Positions 10,219-23,172 are shown, counted from the stretch's first letter. The stretch is DNA of 64,000 nt from Paraphysomonas bandaiensis (GCA_965644295.1 CBFFRP010000269.1:1-64000), one strand, 5' to 3'. Notes: generated from the sequence alone by a model not told the origin. Numbers and translations are program-made.

Positions 10219-11860
10219 ATGCAGGCGTTCAGAGAAGAAGTTACTGAGGAACTGGATCTAGAACAACCAACGTTTCGTGTTATAGATGATCTTCAGAGCG
10301 TTGGAATAAATGTATCAGACATTAAGAAATTACAAGAGTCAGGTCTATCTACTATAGGACAAGTGCTTCAAACATGCACCAGAGACCTGGTGGCAATCAA
10401 AGGATTCTCTGATGGTATGATCTTATTCCTATGGCAGATAGAGTGATACTATATTATGTAGCTAAGGTCGAAAAAATCCGTGAAGCAGCCAAGAAATTAG
10501 ATACTCGAGGAAATGCATTTCGTACAGGGCTTGAAATGAAGGAAAAGAGAAGGCGTGTGCTTCATCTAACTACCGGATCAGCTGCACTGGATAAGATACT
10601 TGGTGGTGGTATAGAAACTTCGTCGATCACGGAGTTGTTCGGAGAATTTCGCACAGGTTCATCGCATAGCGGATGTCTACACGTGTGCATATTATATATC
10701 GATCAGGCAAAACGCAGATTGCGCACACACTGTGCGTCACCTCCCAGCTGTCTTTCCAAATGAATGGGGGACAAGGAAAAGTTATATATCTGGTAAGTGG
10801 AGATTGTGTTTGCAGAATGAGTATTAGCTTATATTGGTATCAGGATACTGAAGGAAATTTTCGACCCGAGCGTATTGAGAGTATTGCCGAGAGGTTTGGA
10901 TTAGGTAATTTAAATTAAAATGGGCTGTATATGACCTGACTACCTAAAACTCTCAGATACCGACCAGACCTTGGATAACATCATTGTGTGTCGAGTATTT
11001 ACCCACGAAGAGCAAATGGGTATGAGACAGAATCTTCATGATAATTTTCACTTTTCATATATAACAAAACTAATTATTACACTTAGATATTGTAAAACCA
11101 ATCGCTGCTCTTCTTTCTGACCCCGACCAAGGCCCGTTCAGAACGCTCATCATTGATAGTATCATCGGTGGGTTTAATAAATTCTTTGTATGGTTAAAAA
11201 TATGTGTGCTATTATCATTTATTATCTACACCAGCTCTATTTCGTGTAGAGTTTACTGGAAGGGGGGAATTATCTGAGAGGCAACAGAAGGTAAATAGTT
11301 TTTTGGCATATTGTATTGTTTGAGGCGTCTACAATGCTACATTTTACATAAGGTTTAATGGTATATTTTATAGTTAGGACAACATCTGTCTCAGCTAGTT
11401 CGCATAGCAGAGGAATTTAACATATGCGTGGTGGTGATCAACCAGTGCATGGCGGATCCAGGAGCTCTGTCTATGTTTGTAAGCATTTATGAACGACTTT
11501 TATATCTAATTTTCTCACTTGTGGTAATTATGTTTCGTTGTATTTCAGGGACCAGTTATCAAGCCAGTGGGTGGGCACGTTTTGGCGCATGCGAGTACTA
11601 CCAGAGTAATGCTCAAGAAAGGAAAAAGTGATGAACGGATTGCTAAAATATTCGATAGGTGCGTGGTATTTCTTGTATGCATGGCATAGACGTCTTGACG
11701 CGAACTAGTAGAGGCTGTTTATTATATTCTATATGTGTGTACTGGATTATGTAGGCTGCTCATATGTTCATATTGTCATCTTTTTATGTATAGTCCTTTA
11801 ATGCCAGAAGAAGATGCAGTATTTCAAATCACAAATGGAGGGATAGCTGATAGGAATTGA
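10219..11860 (+). CDS. DMC1: Meiotic recombinase DMC1 (RecA/Rad51 family), about 10 exons
   Basis: Spliced product has Walker [62 protein letters not shown] and IAKIFDSPLMPE. These are DMC1-type rather than RAD51-type signatures. Stop TGA at 11858-11860. Confidence 0.88.
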
Positions 11861-13050
11861 GATAACACCAACGCCACAGAATTTATCATGTCCGATATCA
11901 TTGTACTATTTTGATTATGTTTCACGCTATCTTACTTTTCGAAACTTTTCTGTGAGTATTTTCGTGTCGTTGTTTATTGCTTTTTGCTAGTCTATATACT
12001 AACTATGAATATACGGTTTTTAGTATCTGATATAATTAATGAAGTAATAAGGAAATCCTACCAGAAATACAATTATGTTATCTTATCAAACACAACTACT
12101 TTTCTGAAGCGCAATATTCAGTTAAAATACCTGCAACTGACGTTGTATTTTAAAATTTGAAGAAAGCAGACATGGAGTGAAATTCATTACACCCCCTTCA
12201 TTTAGTTCACACTGGATAGGAGCTATATATATTACCTTCGACAAAGAGTAGTCCCTATCGCAAATGACTGTTGCACTGCCTGGACATCTTCCAGCTAGAG
12301 CTCAATCTTTATTTATGATTCGTTAGGTAGATTACACGACAAAATTGTTTGCTATGGAAGTATACAGAATATATATTTCCATAGCAACAGTTAGACACTA
12401 TAGCACACACTATGATGAAACGCCAATATCCAGTTTATATGAATTCGACAATCACATTTTTCTCTTCTGCCAAACATAAATTGCACATCGAATCATTACA
12501 TCCACTCCACTACAGTTCTGCCATGATAGAATTACTTGTCATTGCTCTTCTTTCTTCTCAACGAACATGGAATACAAGCATATCTTCAAAGAATAACACT
12601 ATTAGAAGCAAACATGTCATGAAGAAGACAGTAAGAACATTGAACTTCTCCTCAACACACCTATACATAGAGAGTATATGTATATACTGTCCATACAGAC
12701 ATACCACAACAAAAATCAATCTTCTCGAAGGTCTACTGCCGTACAAACTGAAAGTACTTTCGGTAGTTTTACGGTACAAAAACTTCAATTTTATTTTAAA
12801 AAAAAACTTGTTAGGAATTCTTTACCAATCAAATACATAGTATTATAAATAAAGATATATTATTGGTTAAATTTTTAGATTTTCTAAGGAGAATAGAATC
12901 CACAACAAACATTTGGTGTTTAGCGACTCAACTGATTTCCAGTACTATCATACATAGTTAATAGTTTATCTTAGGAGGGTTGAGATATTGTGGTGATAAG
13001 TGAATAGAAGAATATATATTGGAGGGAAAATTTCTTACAGTCACGTTTTC

Positions 13051-13452
13051 ATGCTTCGCTCACTGCTTCTAGGTATTCCTGGAGACTGTCACGAGTCGAT
13101 TCCAACCATAGTCACAAGAGATACTTTGATTAGCAAAACTGATAACTGCCATGACTCTAAGGCCTCACGTAGAAGGCCAAGTTTCGACGACATAGCCACA
13201 ACTATCAGTGATTCGAACAGCATATACTCATCATCTAGCTGTGAAGAATATGTCACGATGCGGGTTATGAAATGCATCAACTGCGATACTTCATTCTTTC
13301 CGCAGTATTCCCGTTTTGAAGATTCGAATTTTTGTAGCAAGGATTGTTCCACATGCTTTTCATGGTTCTACAAGAAAAGAACAGTTCACAATGGCCCCAA
13401 AGAAATTCCTGCAAGTAATGCGGTCATGAGGGTTCCATATACCCATGAGTAA
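13051..13452 (+). CDS. Small protein with an FCS-type zinc-finger-like motif
   Basis: CINC...FCSKDC preceded by a Ser-rich region. First ATG at 13051. Confidence 0.5.
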   Translation: MLRSLLLGIPGDCHESIPTIVTRDTLISKTDNCHDSKASRRRPSFDDIATTISDSNSIYSSSSCEEYVTMRVMKCINCDTSFFPQYSRFEDSNFCSKDCSTCFSWFYKKRTVHNGPKEIPASNAVMRVPYTHE

Positions 13453-13992
13453 AGTCTTATTCAGTTATGCAGATATCTCAATTGACGGCGCTTACTGTCA
13501 GGAATTGTATACGTATTTACTGGTTCTATATGATTTTTTATTACACGGTTTATTTCTTATTGACACTACCCGGCGGGCCCTTACAATATATTGGTACATA
13601 AAAGTCATGTGGCACGTTATACAATAAAAAATGATGCACAATTTAATTAATTCTATATGTGCATTTAATAATAAGTGTTCTATATGGTGGTAAAGACTTC
13701 TCTTTTTGCTGTTGAGGCTTACTCTTTATGATGTTGCTATGCTCATCAATGACACTTAATTTGCTTTAGCCCTATGTCATTTTCCCCAATGATATATTTG
13801 AACTTAGTTGAAATGGTCTATACTACATACATTGAGAGGCTCTGAAGGTTGTAATCAAGTTGATAATGAAAATACAAGAAGAAATGGGCATTAGCGCAAT
13901 AGCTCTATTTATCACAGCAATCAAGAATATGACATTCGCACATATCACATATATATAACATATAGACATATAGGACCTGAGGTTTCAGTCAA

Positions 13993-14550
13993 TCCCCTCA
14001 ACAAAGTCGGACTCGAACCTTTTCGTGATGTTCTGGTGGATAGGAACCGGAGATATTTCTCCGGGAAACTATATAGACAGCAGATATTGCTCTGCCTACT
14101 CATAGTCAAATGCTTGTGTGGTACAAGGTACAAGGGACACCAATAAGTGTCACTTGTGTAGACGTCTTTGGGCCCCGACGAATAAACATGCATCCGGAAA
14201 TGGGCCCACCTCAAGGGCATCCGGGACAGAGCCCACCTCAAGGGTAACCTGGGTATTGGACTACCTGCTGAAGTCAAGAATCCGGGATGTTCACCTGAAG
14301 GACTCAAAAAACCTTAAGTCAGCAGATGTCAGGTATATCAACATTCCGCTTGCTCACGGCTTTTGCTTTGAGCGATAAAGTAGAGGTGGTTGCACCTTGG
14401 TGCTTGCGGCAGCGCACAAGCAGCCTCCGTAGCGTTGAATTATAGGATAATAGAGTTTGTACTAGTTAGTTACAGATAGACGTCTATCTAGCTTGACTTT
14501 TCATCTAGCCACTAAGCTGGTGCTGATTCTTAACGCCTATTGCTAATAAA
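13993..14550 (+). repeat. Unclassified dispersed ~0.5-kb repeat, copy A
   Basis: Blocks CCCTCAACAAAGTCGG, CAGCAGATATTG, GGGCCCACCTCAAGGG (x2), GCACCTTGGTGCTTGCGGC and AACGCCTATTGCTAATAA are shared with five other copies. Confidence 0.85.
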
Positions 14551-14559
14551 ATACATATA

Positions 14560-14690
14560 TTCATATTGCAACTAACGTAATTGGGAGTTTGTTCAGCAGA
14601 GCCAAGATTATCATGGCACACTTGCGGCAAGAAATGACTTCACGACATCTCGAACTGCTGCTGTTCAACAAGCACTTGTGGACCGCAGAG
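14560..14690 (+). pseudogene. hAT transposase dimerisation-domain fragment
   Basis: LFSRAKIIMAHLRQEMTSRHLELLLF.NKHLW resembles the hATC C-terminus. Confidence 0.5.
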
Positions 14691-15990
14691 CAGGGCCTGA
14701 TAACCATTAATGGCCCATTAATGGTTGTCCAGTTCCCGGCAATTATAAAGGCATTAATCAAAAATGTTCCGGCAATTATAATGGCCATTAATACCTACTA
14801 ACTTAAAGTAGATAGCACCACCCATATAATAGATAGTGTTGTGCTCCCTAAATAACTAATTTTTAGTTAAAATATCAGACTACAAATTTTAACTACTTCT
14901 CGCTCTCTACTGGCACATCAGGATCTTCTTACAGGGCTTCATGGAGGGTATATAGACATCCCACAACATGTAGTTGGCTCGTAGGAATAGCAACGATTCT
15001 AGACGATATGGATTCAGGTGTCATAATCAACTTTGCACGACTATAAAAAGCCTTTCAACAACATTAGATTGTGCTTCACTATGAAGCAAGCAGCGGTAGT
15101 TGGACTCATAGGTAACAAGTCGAGCTCTCTTGGTGACCTCGGCGCTGTCCAGAGCACGCTGTGCAAAATCAGTTCCTTTACTCTCGTCCTCGTTATTTCT
15201 GGCTCTTGTACACCAACCTCCATGGATGAATCCGTTGCAAATGTCTAACTGCTCTTCTCTCATTGCCTGTCAACTCTCTTTCATTGTTCCCTTGAATTTT
15301 AGCCACTGCCTTCTCAAAATTTGCACTGGCAACAATGCTCGCATTAGGGGAAAGGTATGGATACAGCTCTGGAAATTCTTGTAGCAGCATATCAAATAAC
15401 TGGCGGGCTTGTTACAAATTGGTTCCATCTCTTCCGAACATACTTATTCTCCACGATAGAAAATGGTTCGTCGTTCATAACTATCCATTCCAGCCACCGG
15501 AATAAGTTCCTTGCAGCAAAAGACAATAAATCGCCACCGTGAAGTCTTTCACTTCCCAAAATTTTCTCGAGTTCCTCTCGCCAAGAAAAATCCGCATGTT
15601 TGGTGCCCTTCTTGGCTATATGATTCACACAACTCGCGTAACCTCGCTGTATATCTTGTTCAAGGCGATCATTGCACAACGAACAAATATGATACAGAGC
15701 AAGGTGAAATATGCATATTTTCAATGATTATTTTAGAGTTTTTGGGTATATGGGTACGTTGCTATATGGATATCGCTCAGGACACTATTCTCTAACTCTA
15801 ACAATTTTCAACTTTTCACGTCGACTATACTTCGAAGTTACTACCGATCGAGCTAATGTTTTCTTCTTAGCGCCAAATATATATCAATATATAGCAATAT
15901 ATTTGTTATTGGTCTTTAAAATATTATTATTTGTTATTTTTTCTGGCAATATATATTATTGTAATTATATATTATTGTTACCCGGCCCTG
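14691..15990 (-). mobile_element. Internally deleted hAT DNA transposon
   Basis: TIRs CAGGGCCTGATAAC and (revcomp) CAGGGCCGGGTAAC. Transposase remnants: BED-like CSLC...NHI, LFRWLEWIVMNDEPFSIVEN, ANFEKAVAKIQG, and hATC SNVVERLF...LESLLFLRANYMLW. No DDE core is visible. Confidence 0.8.
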
Positions 15991-16256
15991 CTAATAATAA
16001 GACATTCACTTGCTATAGCCTCCTTCGAGCCCGTTTCCCGCCAGATATATAGTTCAATATTTATAGATTACGAATAAGATTAAAATTATTCCACATATAC
16101 TGATTACCAGCCAATGTTTTATAAGCTGACAAGCACCAGTGACATGGAGGAGATAAGGTCTAAATCTACTATATATATAGAACCACAGCAAAATGCGTCC
16201 TATTTCTATCGGCATCTCGTTAACACAAAATGTAGTCATGTTTATCACTAAGCCAG

Positions 16257-17849
16257 CTAGAAATACTCAGCAACATAGAGCAGCGTTTCACTAGTCTCGG
16301 CACTAGACATGGAAATGGTTCTCATGTGCTCATAACCTTCCCTCTTCTCGTTACCATCTATCCTGGCAGAAAACACAAATCCTATTGTAGCAGCAGCACC
16401 AGCTATTGTTACCACTAACCCATACTTCCAACGCTGCTCTATTGCCAATGCATATACGAGGTAAGCCACACCAGATGCAAATGTTTTCGCGAACCCAGTG
16501 GCAGAGTACGCCAGCCCTTCGTGTTCAGGGAAGAAATCGGCCACAACGGCTTTCATATTGTTTTCATACACTGCCCGTGCCATACCGTGCACGAGGGTGT
16601 AACCCACTATATGTCGGTTTTGACCAATTGAATGATCGCTAGCAAGAATAATAAGAAGTCCAACACTCATCATGCACGCCCCACCCCATATAATCATGGG
16701 GAACTGCCCCATACTCTTAACTAGAGCGTTAGAGAGCTTCGTGAATATGAGAGAAGTTGACAAATCAACTACAGCCGCAACTCCAATGTACTGCATTCCT
16801 TGCTGCTCAAGAACAATAACTCCAAGAGCATAATATATCCAATAACTTGTGCAGACGCCCCATGCGAGATGGTACGGGGCAAGCCTGAAAAATAGATACA
16901 GCTTACATTCACAAATATTTCACATATCTACATTGACTTACAGTCTAAGTTTGCTGCGCTTTGCAGGTGGAAGCAATCGCGACTGTGAGAACATATCGAA
17001 TAAGCCTCTCCTGGGCTTGAAGGTATGCCACGGCTCTCCCGTGTCTCCGAAACTGTCCAACCGTGACAAGAATACCAATGATAGTGCCACAAGCAAAACA
17101 TATCCCGGAAGAACTATGTAAACGATTCCCATGTGAACCTCTATTGGCTCAGCAGCTATTACAGTACACAAAATAATAGTTAGTAAGAGACATGTGAAGT
17201 AAATAGTAGCGAATCGGTTAGCTAAGGCGCGATGCATATTTTCGACCTCCTTGGTGTCCATTGATGTTACCATCAGCAATGCGTTTTTTGAAAAGTACTT
17301 GCTTTGAGCAGTCCACATAATACCCTGAGAAACGCCACCCAGTGCGGCTACCATTGCATATGCAAGACTGTTCATGTAAAAAGACTCTTGAGAGAAAAGC
17401 AAAAATCCAGTGACATATATAAAGTTTCCAAACAATCCAACTATAAAGCTCTTTGTACACCCGAGAACATTGACAGTTGGCTTCGCAATAACCAGTGAGC
17501 AGAATGCATATGCTAAGAAGAGACAACCATTCCCTACTCCACCTGCAACATGACCAATAACTGGAGGGGCAAATATAAGTGTAGCGACTATAGGCGAGAC
17601 TGATAGAGAAAACCCAATACAAAAATAATAATAATTGGACATAGATGCATCAGGGAACTTAAACCACTCTCTTGGATCATGGTTAAAACTCACTGAGTTG
17701 CTTCTTAATTCGTCGACATCACTGTATTCTTGTTCCTCTTCTTTCTCGCATAAGAGAGCCGCACTATCGGCTGTATTGTTTCTAGAGAATATTATGCGAT
17801 GTTTGGAGTGGCCTGACAGCTGACTGGTGTCAGAGGCAGATGGTCGCAT
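16257..17849 (-). CDS. UNC-93-like MFS membrane protein (2 exons)
   Basis: Multiple hydrophobic helices; ALGGVSQGIMWTAQSKYF resembles UNC-93; intron at ~16886-16940. Confidence 0.75.
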
Positions 17850-17930
17850 GGTGGATGCAGGGATGGGGGGATTATTGGATCATATGAGCCTATTTCAGAT
17901 GTGTTTATGCCCAAAGGGAACTAATAATAG

Positions 17931-18376
17931 TACATACATACATACATACATACATACATACATACATACATACATACATACATACATACATACATACATA
18001 CATACATACATACATACATACATACATACATACATACATACATACATACATACATACATACATACATACATACATACATACATACATACATACATACATA
18101 CATACATACATACATACATACATACATACATACATACATACATACATACATACATACATACATACATACATACATACATACATACATACATACATACATA
18201 CATACATACATACATACATACATACATACATACATACATACATACATACATACATACATACATACATACATACATACATACATACATACATACATACATA
18301 CATACATACATACATACATACATACATACATACATACATACATACATACATACATACATACATACATACATACATA
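17931..18376. repeat. (TACA)n microsatellite, ~445 bp
   Basis: Perfect tetranucleotide array lying between divergently oriented genes. Confidence 0.98.
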
Positions 18377-18653
18377 CTACGTATATACCTACACACATAT
18401 ACAAACTGTATTGGGTGGTATACAATGCGTATATAGCCGTATAGAACTCTAGCTACAGTTACTAGTGCAGAGAATGTTATCTGCTCTGTTGCTTCAGTTA
18501 TAAATACACATTGCGGCATATGGACTGATATAAGCTGTTAGCAGTCATAAGAAACAGCCACTGAAGCCACTAGCAGCCATTACTACCGAATAACTCCATT
18601 GGTACCATCGACATCGAGTCTACATTTCCATTGGACTACATTTGTGGAGAGAC

Positions 18654-20889
18654 ATGCAAGTTGATAGCCCTCGCAGCCTTCGCAGTGTTGTGACCCTATG
18701 GGACCAATCAACCACCAACCAGTCAGTCATGCTCGTGCTCCCAGATGCACTTCAACCGAAGTTTTATATAGCGGATAAGTTCAGAAGGCGCAATAGAGAA
18801 GCTGCTCGAGCGGAGCGCGAAATGGAACGCTTTAAATTCTTGAGTAGAAAACTAGTCACTGCGGAAAGGAGTAATGGCAGGAGAGGGAAGCGTAGATCGG
18901 TCAGCGTAGGTACTAACCACTTGATTCGTAGCAAGTTGGAAAGGTATTTTTTATATATATTTATTAATGATGATGATATACTTTGCAGAGATGTAGAAGA
19001 ACGATTATTAGTACCGCTCCGACGAGACAAAGCTGCTTTAAAAGAGTTCATGACCAGAGTAAAACGAATGAAGAAGTCTCGATTAAAGGGTAGTTTGGTA
19101 TGTGTTTCATATTTTATATGTACAAACACAGTATTTATTGCTGCTTCTAGGTAAAAGAAACCTCTCAAAATTACTCCAGCGTGGCCGAAGATGGACCTGT
19201 TCCAAAGCCTGCATGTGATCTGGAGTATCAGGAATCGGAAGAATCGTTTATGAGTGCTGACATCAGCTGCCGCACATCTGTTTTAAGTATCCACCCGGAT
19301 GAAGCCGACGAAAACTCGTCCGTGGGACCGCCACCGAGTATACCTAAACTTGTTCACGTAAGTACGCCATATTATTTATAGAGAAATTTAACCTAATGCA
19401 CATAGCAACCGTCGAGCAATCTCTACAACAAAAGTGTTGCGACATCACAATGGATGAAAATGATTATAATTATACAGCGGCACCTCAAAATGCAGGCAGC
19501 CCTAGTAGAGCACCGTTTGAAGTTCCAGCGTGAGCAAAGCCAGTACGTTATAGCCAAATAAATTTTTTGGAGGTAGATCGTGTAATGTGATGTGGGTAGG
19601 TTTATGTCGGCTTTGACTATTCAACGAAATTGGCGGAGATCAGGATATGCACATAATTTTTCAATGGTCGTAAAACGATTTCTTTACACACAAGGGCGCG
19701 GACATGCCCGAGCAGTTTTTAGAGCTCGGCAAGATGCCGCCAACCTGCTCGTCAAGTACCTTCTCACTGTCGAAAGCTTTAAAGCGATAGTGAAATCGTT
19801 CTATAGGTATGAATATACGCGTTCAACATTCTTTTATAATTCTATTGTATAGTAAAGTGCGGCATTGTCAAAGACTGATTCGTCAGCACCAGGTCGTCTC
19901 AGCAGCCCGTTGCAAACTATTGGAGAAGGTCTTTGATCGTGTGGCATCTATTATTTTCCTACATGCGGGGCCTATGCTCACAGGTCGCTCTCCCAGACAT
20001 CTTGATGTCAACGCGGTCGAGAAAATAAAGAACTTCAACGATCCAGAAGTTGTTCGTAATTTGCTAACACATGACTTCTATAATTACCTACTTCGACTGT
20101 ACTCTAGTAATCCTACCTTTGCTAGTGTACTTAGAACGACACGACGAGAGCATGTAAACGGAAAATGGTGTCCTGACCATGAAATTAAAGCGGGTGCCAT
20201 AAAGCAGCTATTGAAGAAAGCTAGACATAATTATCGCGTGACAATGAGATATCAATTCGGCAAAAGGTTTATATATTACTGTGCCTGTATGTGGTGACTT
20301 TGCGTTTTTCAGTTTGAGCGTACCCCTTGTTTCAGAACGGGATGTTCGGGCCTACATACATGGCGGGAAGGATCCACTCAGCTTCCACATTGAGAAGCTA
20401 GACAACGTAAACAAACTTCCTGGAAAACACCTTAGACGTCATATTGTCCCACCTCCATTGCTCGTACTTAACTCTCTATCTTCTGAAGATATTTTGCATT
20501 CTGTGGTCGACGTGATGATCAAAGAATATAATGCTAAAAAGGAACGTATCCGAGCTGCTGTGGAGGAAAATAATAAACAACGCATGTTAGAAGAGTTCAT
20601 GGCTGGAGCCAGGAAGCGTAGTCCTAGAAGTATGGGTATAAATAGGACTGTATCAAGTATCACAGGAACTGATTCTACTCGCATGACATCTCCCACGTCA
20701 CCACGAGGCTTCCATCGTAGTATTACAATGGATAGTGACCCAGTTGAGCAAAATAGGGTTAGGGAGTCAATAGTGCACCCCAAACGAAAGAATTCACCGG
20801 AGATCGTGCGACCAACACCTCCACCTTTGATGGAGAAACCATCTACCCGTCCCCCTAGGACACAGCGATCCATTATTACTGACTTTTAG
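18654..20889 (+). CDS. Multi-exon hypothetical protein, basic/coiled-coil with IQ-like motifs
   Basis: Chain of plus-strand ORFs linked by short GT-AG introns; SALTIQRNWRR is IQ-like. Confidence 0.6.
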
Positions 20890-21207
20890 ATATTTACAAC
20901 GTCCTTTATTAGTGTGTAGATATATGCGTTATAATTTCTCATAGATATTTAATTTTAAAAGTAGTATTAAACTTATAGTGTATAGTGTATAGTTTGTCTC
21001 GTAATAATGTCACTAATTTTATTGCAATAAAACACAGCAGTTAGTAATAGCATAAGTAATAAGTAAATGAGAATGCAATAGCCGCAGAATATAGGTTATG
21101 ATGTCACGAAATAATAATACCCTTTTCCGGGGCGAAGTGAGTATGGTGGTAGGTGGTCCGACGCAAAATATTTTGAACTTTAGTATTATATATTATATAT
21201 CATACAT

Positions 21208-22992
21208 CAGGGCTGCGTATCAATTAATTGTAAAATAATTATAACTGCTATTATAACTTGCTGTGTTGAGTTCTGCAATATTATGATGTAATATATAATA
21301 TATATTGTGCCATTGAAGTGAGTTAACAGTGTGCAATAGGTGAAGTCAACTCATAGGTGATTATAGTTACAAAGGAATTAAATTTAGTTTTACTAATGTG
21401 TGACTATATATAAAATATAGAACAACTGACTGACGAACATGTGATAAACAGAGATGTTGTTGAGAGCAGATGTTTTATCAGATTATACACGAATGTGTAG
21501 TGAAGAAGTGTTCAGAATAATAATATATTTTCTTACTTGAAAGTGCATTGTGTTACATAGCAAGGTGAAGGTTTACGTGCAGAGCAAAGTTAATTAAGTG
21601 AAATGTCCAATTATATCATGCTGTTGTCTCAATTTCGACTATTATTGTAATTAATTGCAATTATTAGTACTAAGCTACATTAGCTGCCAGTATAGTATTG
21701 CAGAGGCGACGGTACATACGTACAGACATAAGTAGCTCTAAATGTCGAGGCCTCATACTATAATAGCAGCATTGTTGCCCAGTGACGCTCGATAATTCGG
21801 TGCCTTATGATGAGTTCGTCAAACAATATGCGAGCGTCAAACATTATGACGCAAACTGTTTATTCAGTTCCACCAATTCGTACTGGGTTTCCCCACGAAA
21901 TCTAATAACCAATTTATTTACCAATTCACTTGCTAACATCTCCTTATCAGGATCATCAGGTGGAAGCATATCCTTCTCTCGGAAGTATTGATCAACAATC
22001 TCAAGCGCCTCCGCAACAGGTTGAACAGCTTCGAAGATGGAACTGATGCAGGTGTCTTTCCTCTCCAACCACTTGTCGAGGTCTTCCTTATACTTGTTTT
22101 TCACAGCTGTGGACGCATTGTCAGCAGGTCGATGCGGTCGCTCTTCCAACCCAAGATGGTTCCGATTCTTTCTCAGAAGCCAAACTCTCAATCGCTTCGT
22201 CCAGTTCACAACACCGAACTGATCGAACTTCGGAAGGTGTTTTCATTCCGAACTACAACTACCATCCGCTACCATGTCAAGGTTTGACATTATATGAGAA
22301 GTATTAACTTAACAACAGAAGGTAACTTATACTCAAAGCTGAGAATTATAAATTATATTCAATATCTCTTATCATTCATCAATATCATGTTGTCTCCACT
22401 ACCACTCATTTCTCGTACGACGATCTTACATCGTCACTACAACTTGCATCGTCACTATATTCCGTTTTACCGCTATATACTTATCGTCATTCATTCTCAC
22501 AATACGATTAACAAGACTACAACTGTATAATACAGTAATTTAAATACCTTATAACTACAGCTTTCAATTGCTCTCATATAGCAGAACTCAACAGTTACCA
22601 GGCCCTGCGCATTATCACAAATGATAAATGATAGATAGAAGCAAGAAGTCAATCATAGAAAATGTGGAGCCCCTATTCCTACATGACACTTCTTCGTTAT
22701 TATCGCTTATTTTCTCAATGACTTCTAGTGCAATGCTCATTTCTCTAATTAATTAAATGAATTACTATGTGAGATAACCCTATATGGATATTATAATCTT
22801 TCACCAATCTTCGATTTTATCGTAAAATTGGATTTTAGCAATAAAAGTGCCGTTTTTAATAACTTTTTAGTATAAAAATCAAATTAATTGACGAAAGCTG
22901 GAGTCGATTATAATATGATTTGATGTCTTGATGTCCCAATTTCAATTTATGTAATTTCAATAATTGACAATTAATTGATGCATGCAGTCCTG
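21208..22992. mobile_element. hAT-type MITE expanded by nested LTR-element fragments
   Basis: TIRs CAGGGCTGCGTATCAATTAATTGT and (revcomp) CAGGACTGCATGCATCAATTAATTGT. Flanks TCATACAT and TCATACAC match at 7/8 of an 8-bp TSD. Confidence 0.7.
21844..22593 (-). mobile_element. Truncated LTR retrotransposon (copia-like): 5' LTR, PBS and gag fragment
   Basis: LTR at 22593-22275 (TGTTGA...TTGACA) is immediately followed by PBS TGGTAGCGGA (initiator-tRNA-Met-like). A gag-like ORF follows: LPKFDQFGVVNWTKRLRVWL...ASELVNKLVIRF. Confidence 0.75.
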
Positions 22993-23172
22993 TCATACAC
23001 ATTTTTCACAAGAATACCAACGTATTCCTTGTAGAAACTCAGGATGGAGAAATATTTAAGCAATAATATTTTGTTGCAACATGTGTTCTTGTCCATTACT
23101 AATGTACAACGTACAAAGTACAAAACACAAAAATAAAACTGTTGTTTCATGTGACTACTTCATTAAAAATGA

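Noticed and set aside
12412-12840. 142-aa ORF and its antisense ORF
   Set aside because: AT-rich with no motifs; likely intergenic or UTR sequence.
13995-14080. tRNA gene suggested by GGTTCGAGTCC on the minus strand
   Set aside because: No cloverleaf or convincing A-box; kept only as a B-box-like motif.
17827-18519. ORFs encoding (YIHT)n / (MYVC)n, also at 28102-28983, 35115-35489 and 55209-55692
   Set aside because: These are artefacts of stop-free TACA microsatellites, not proteins.
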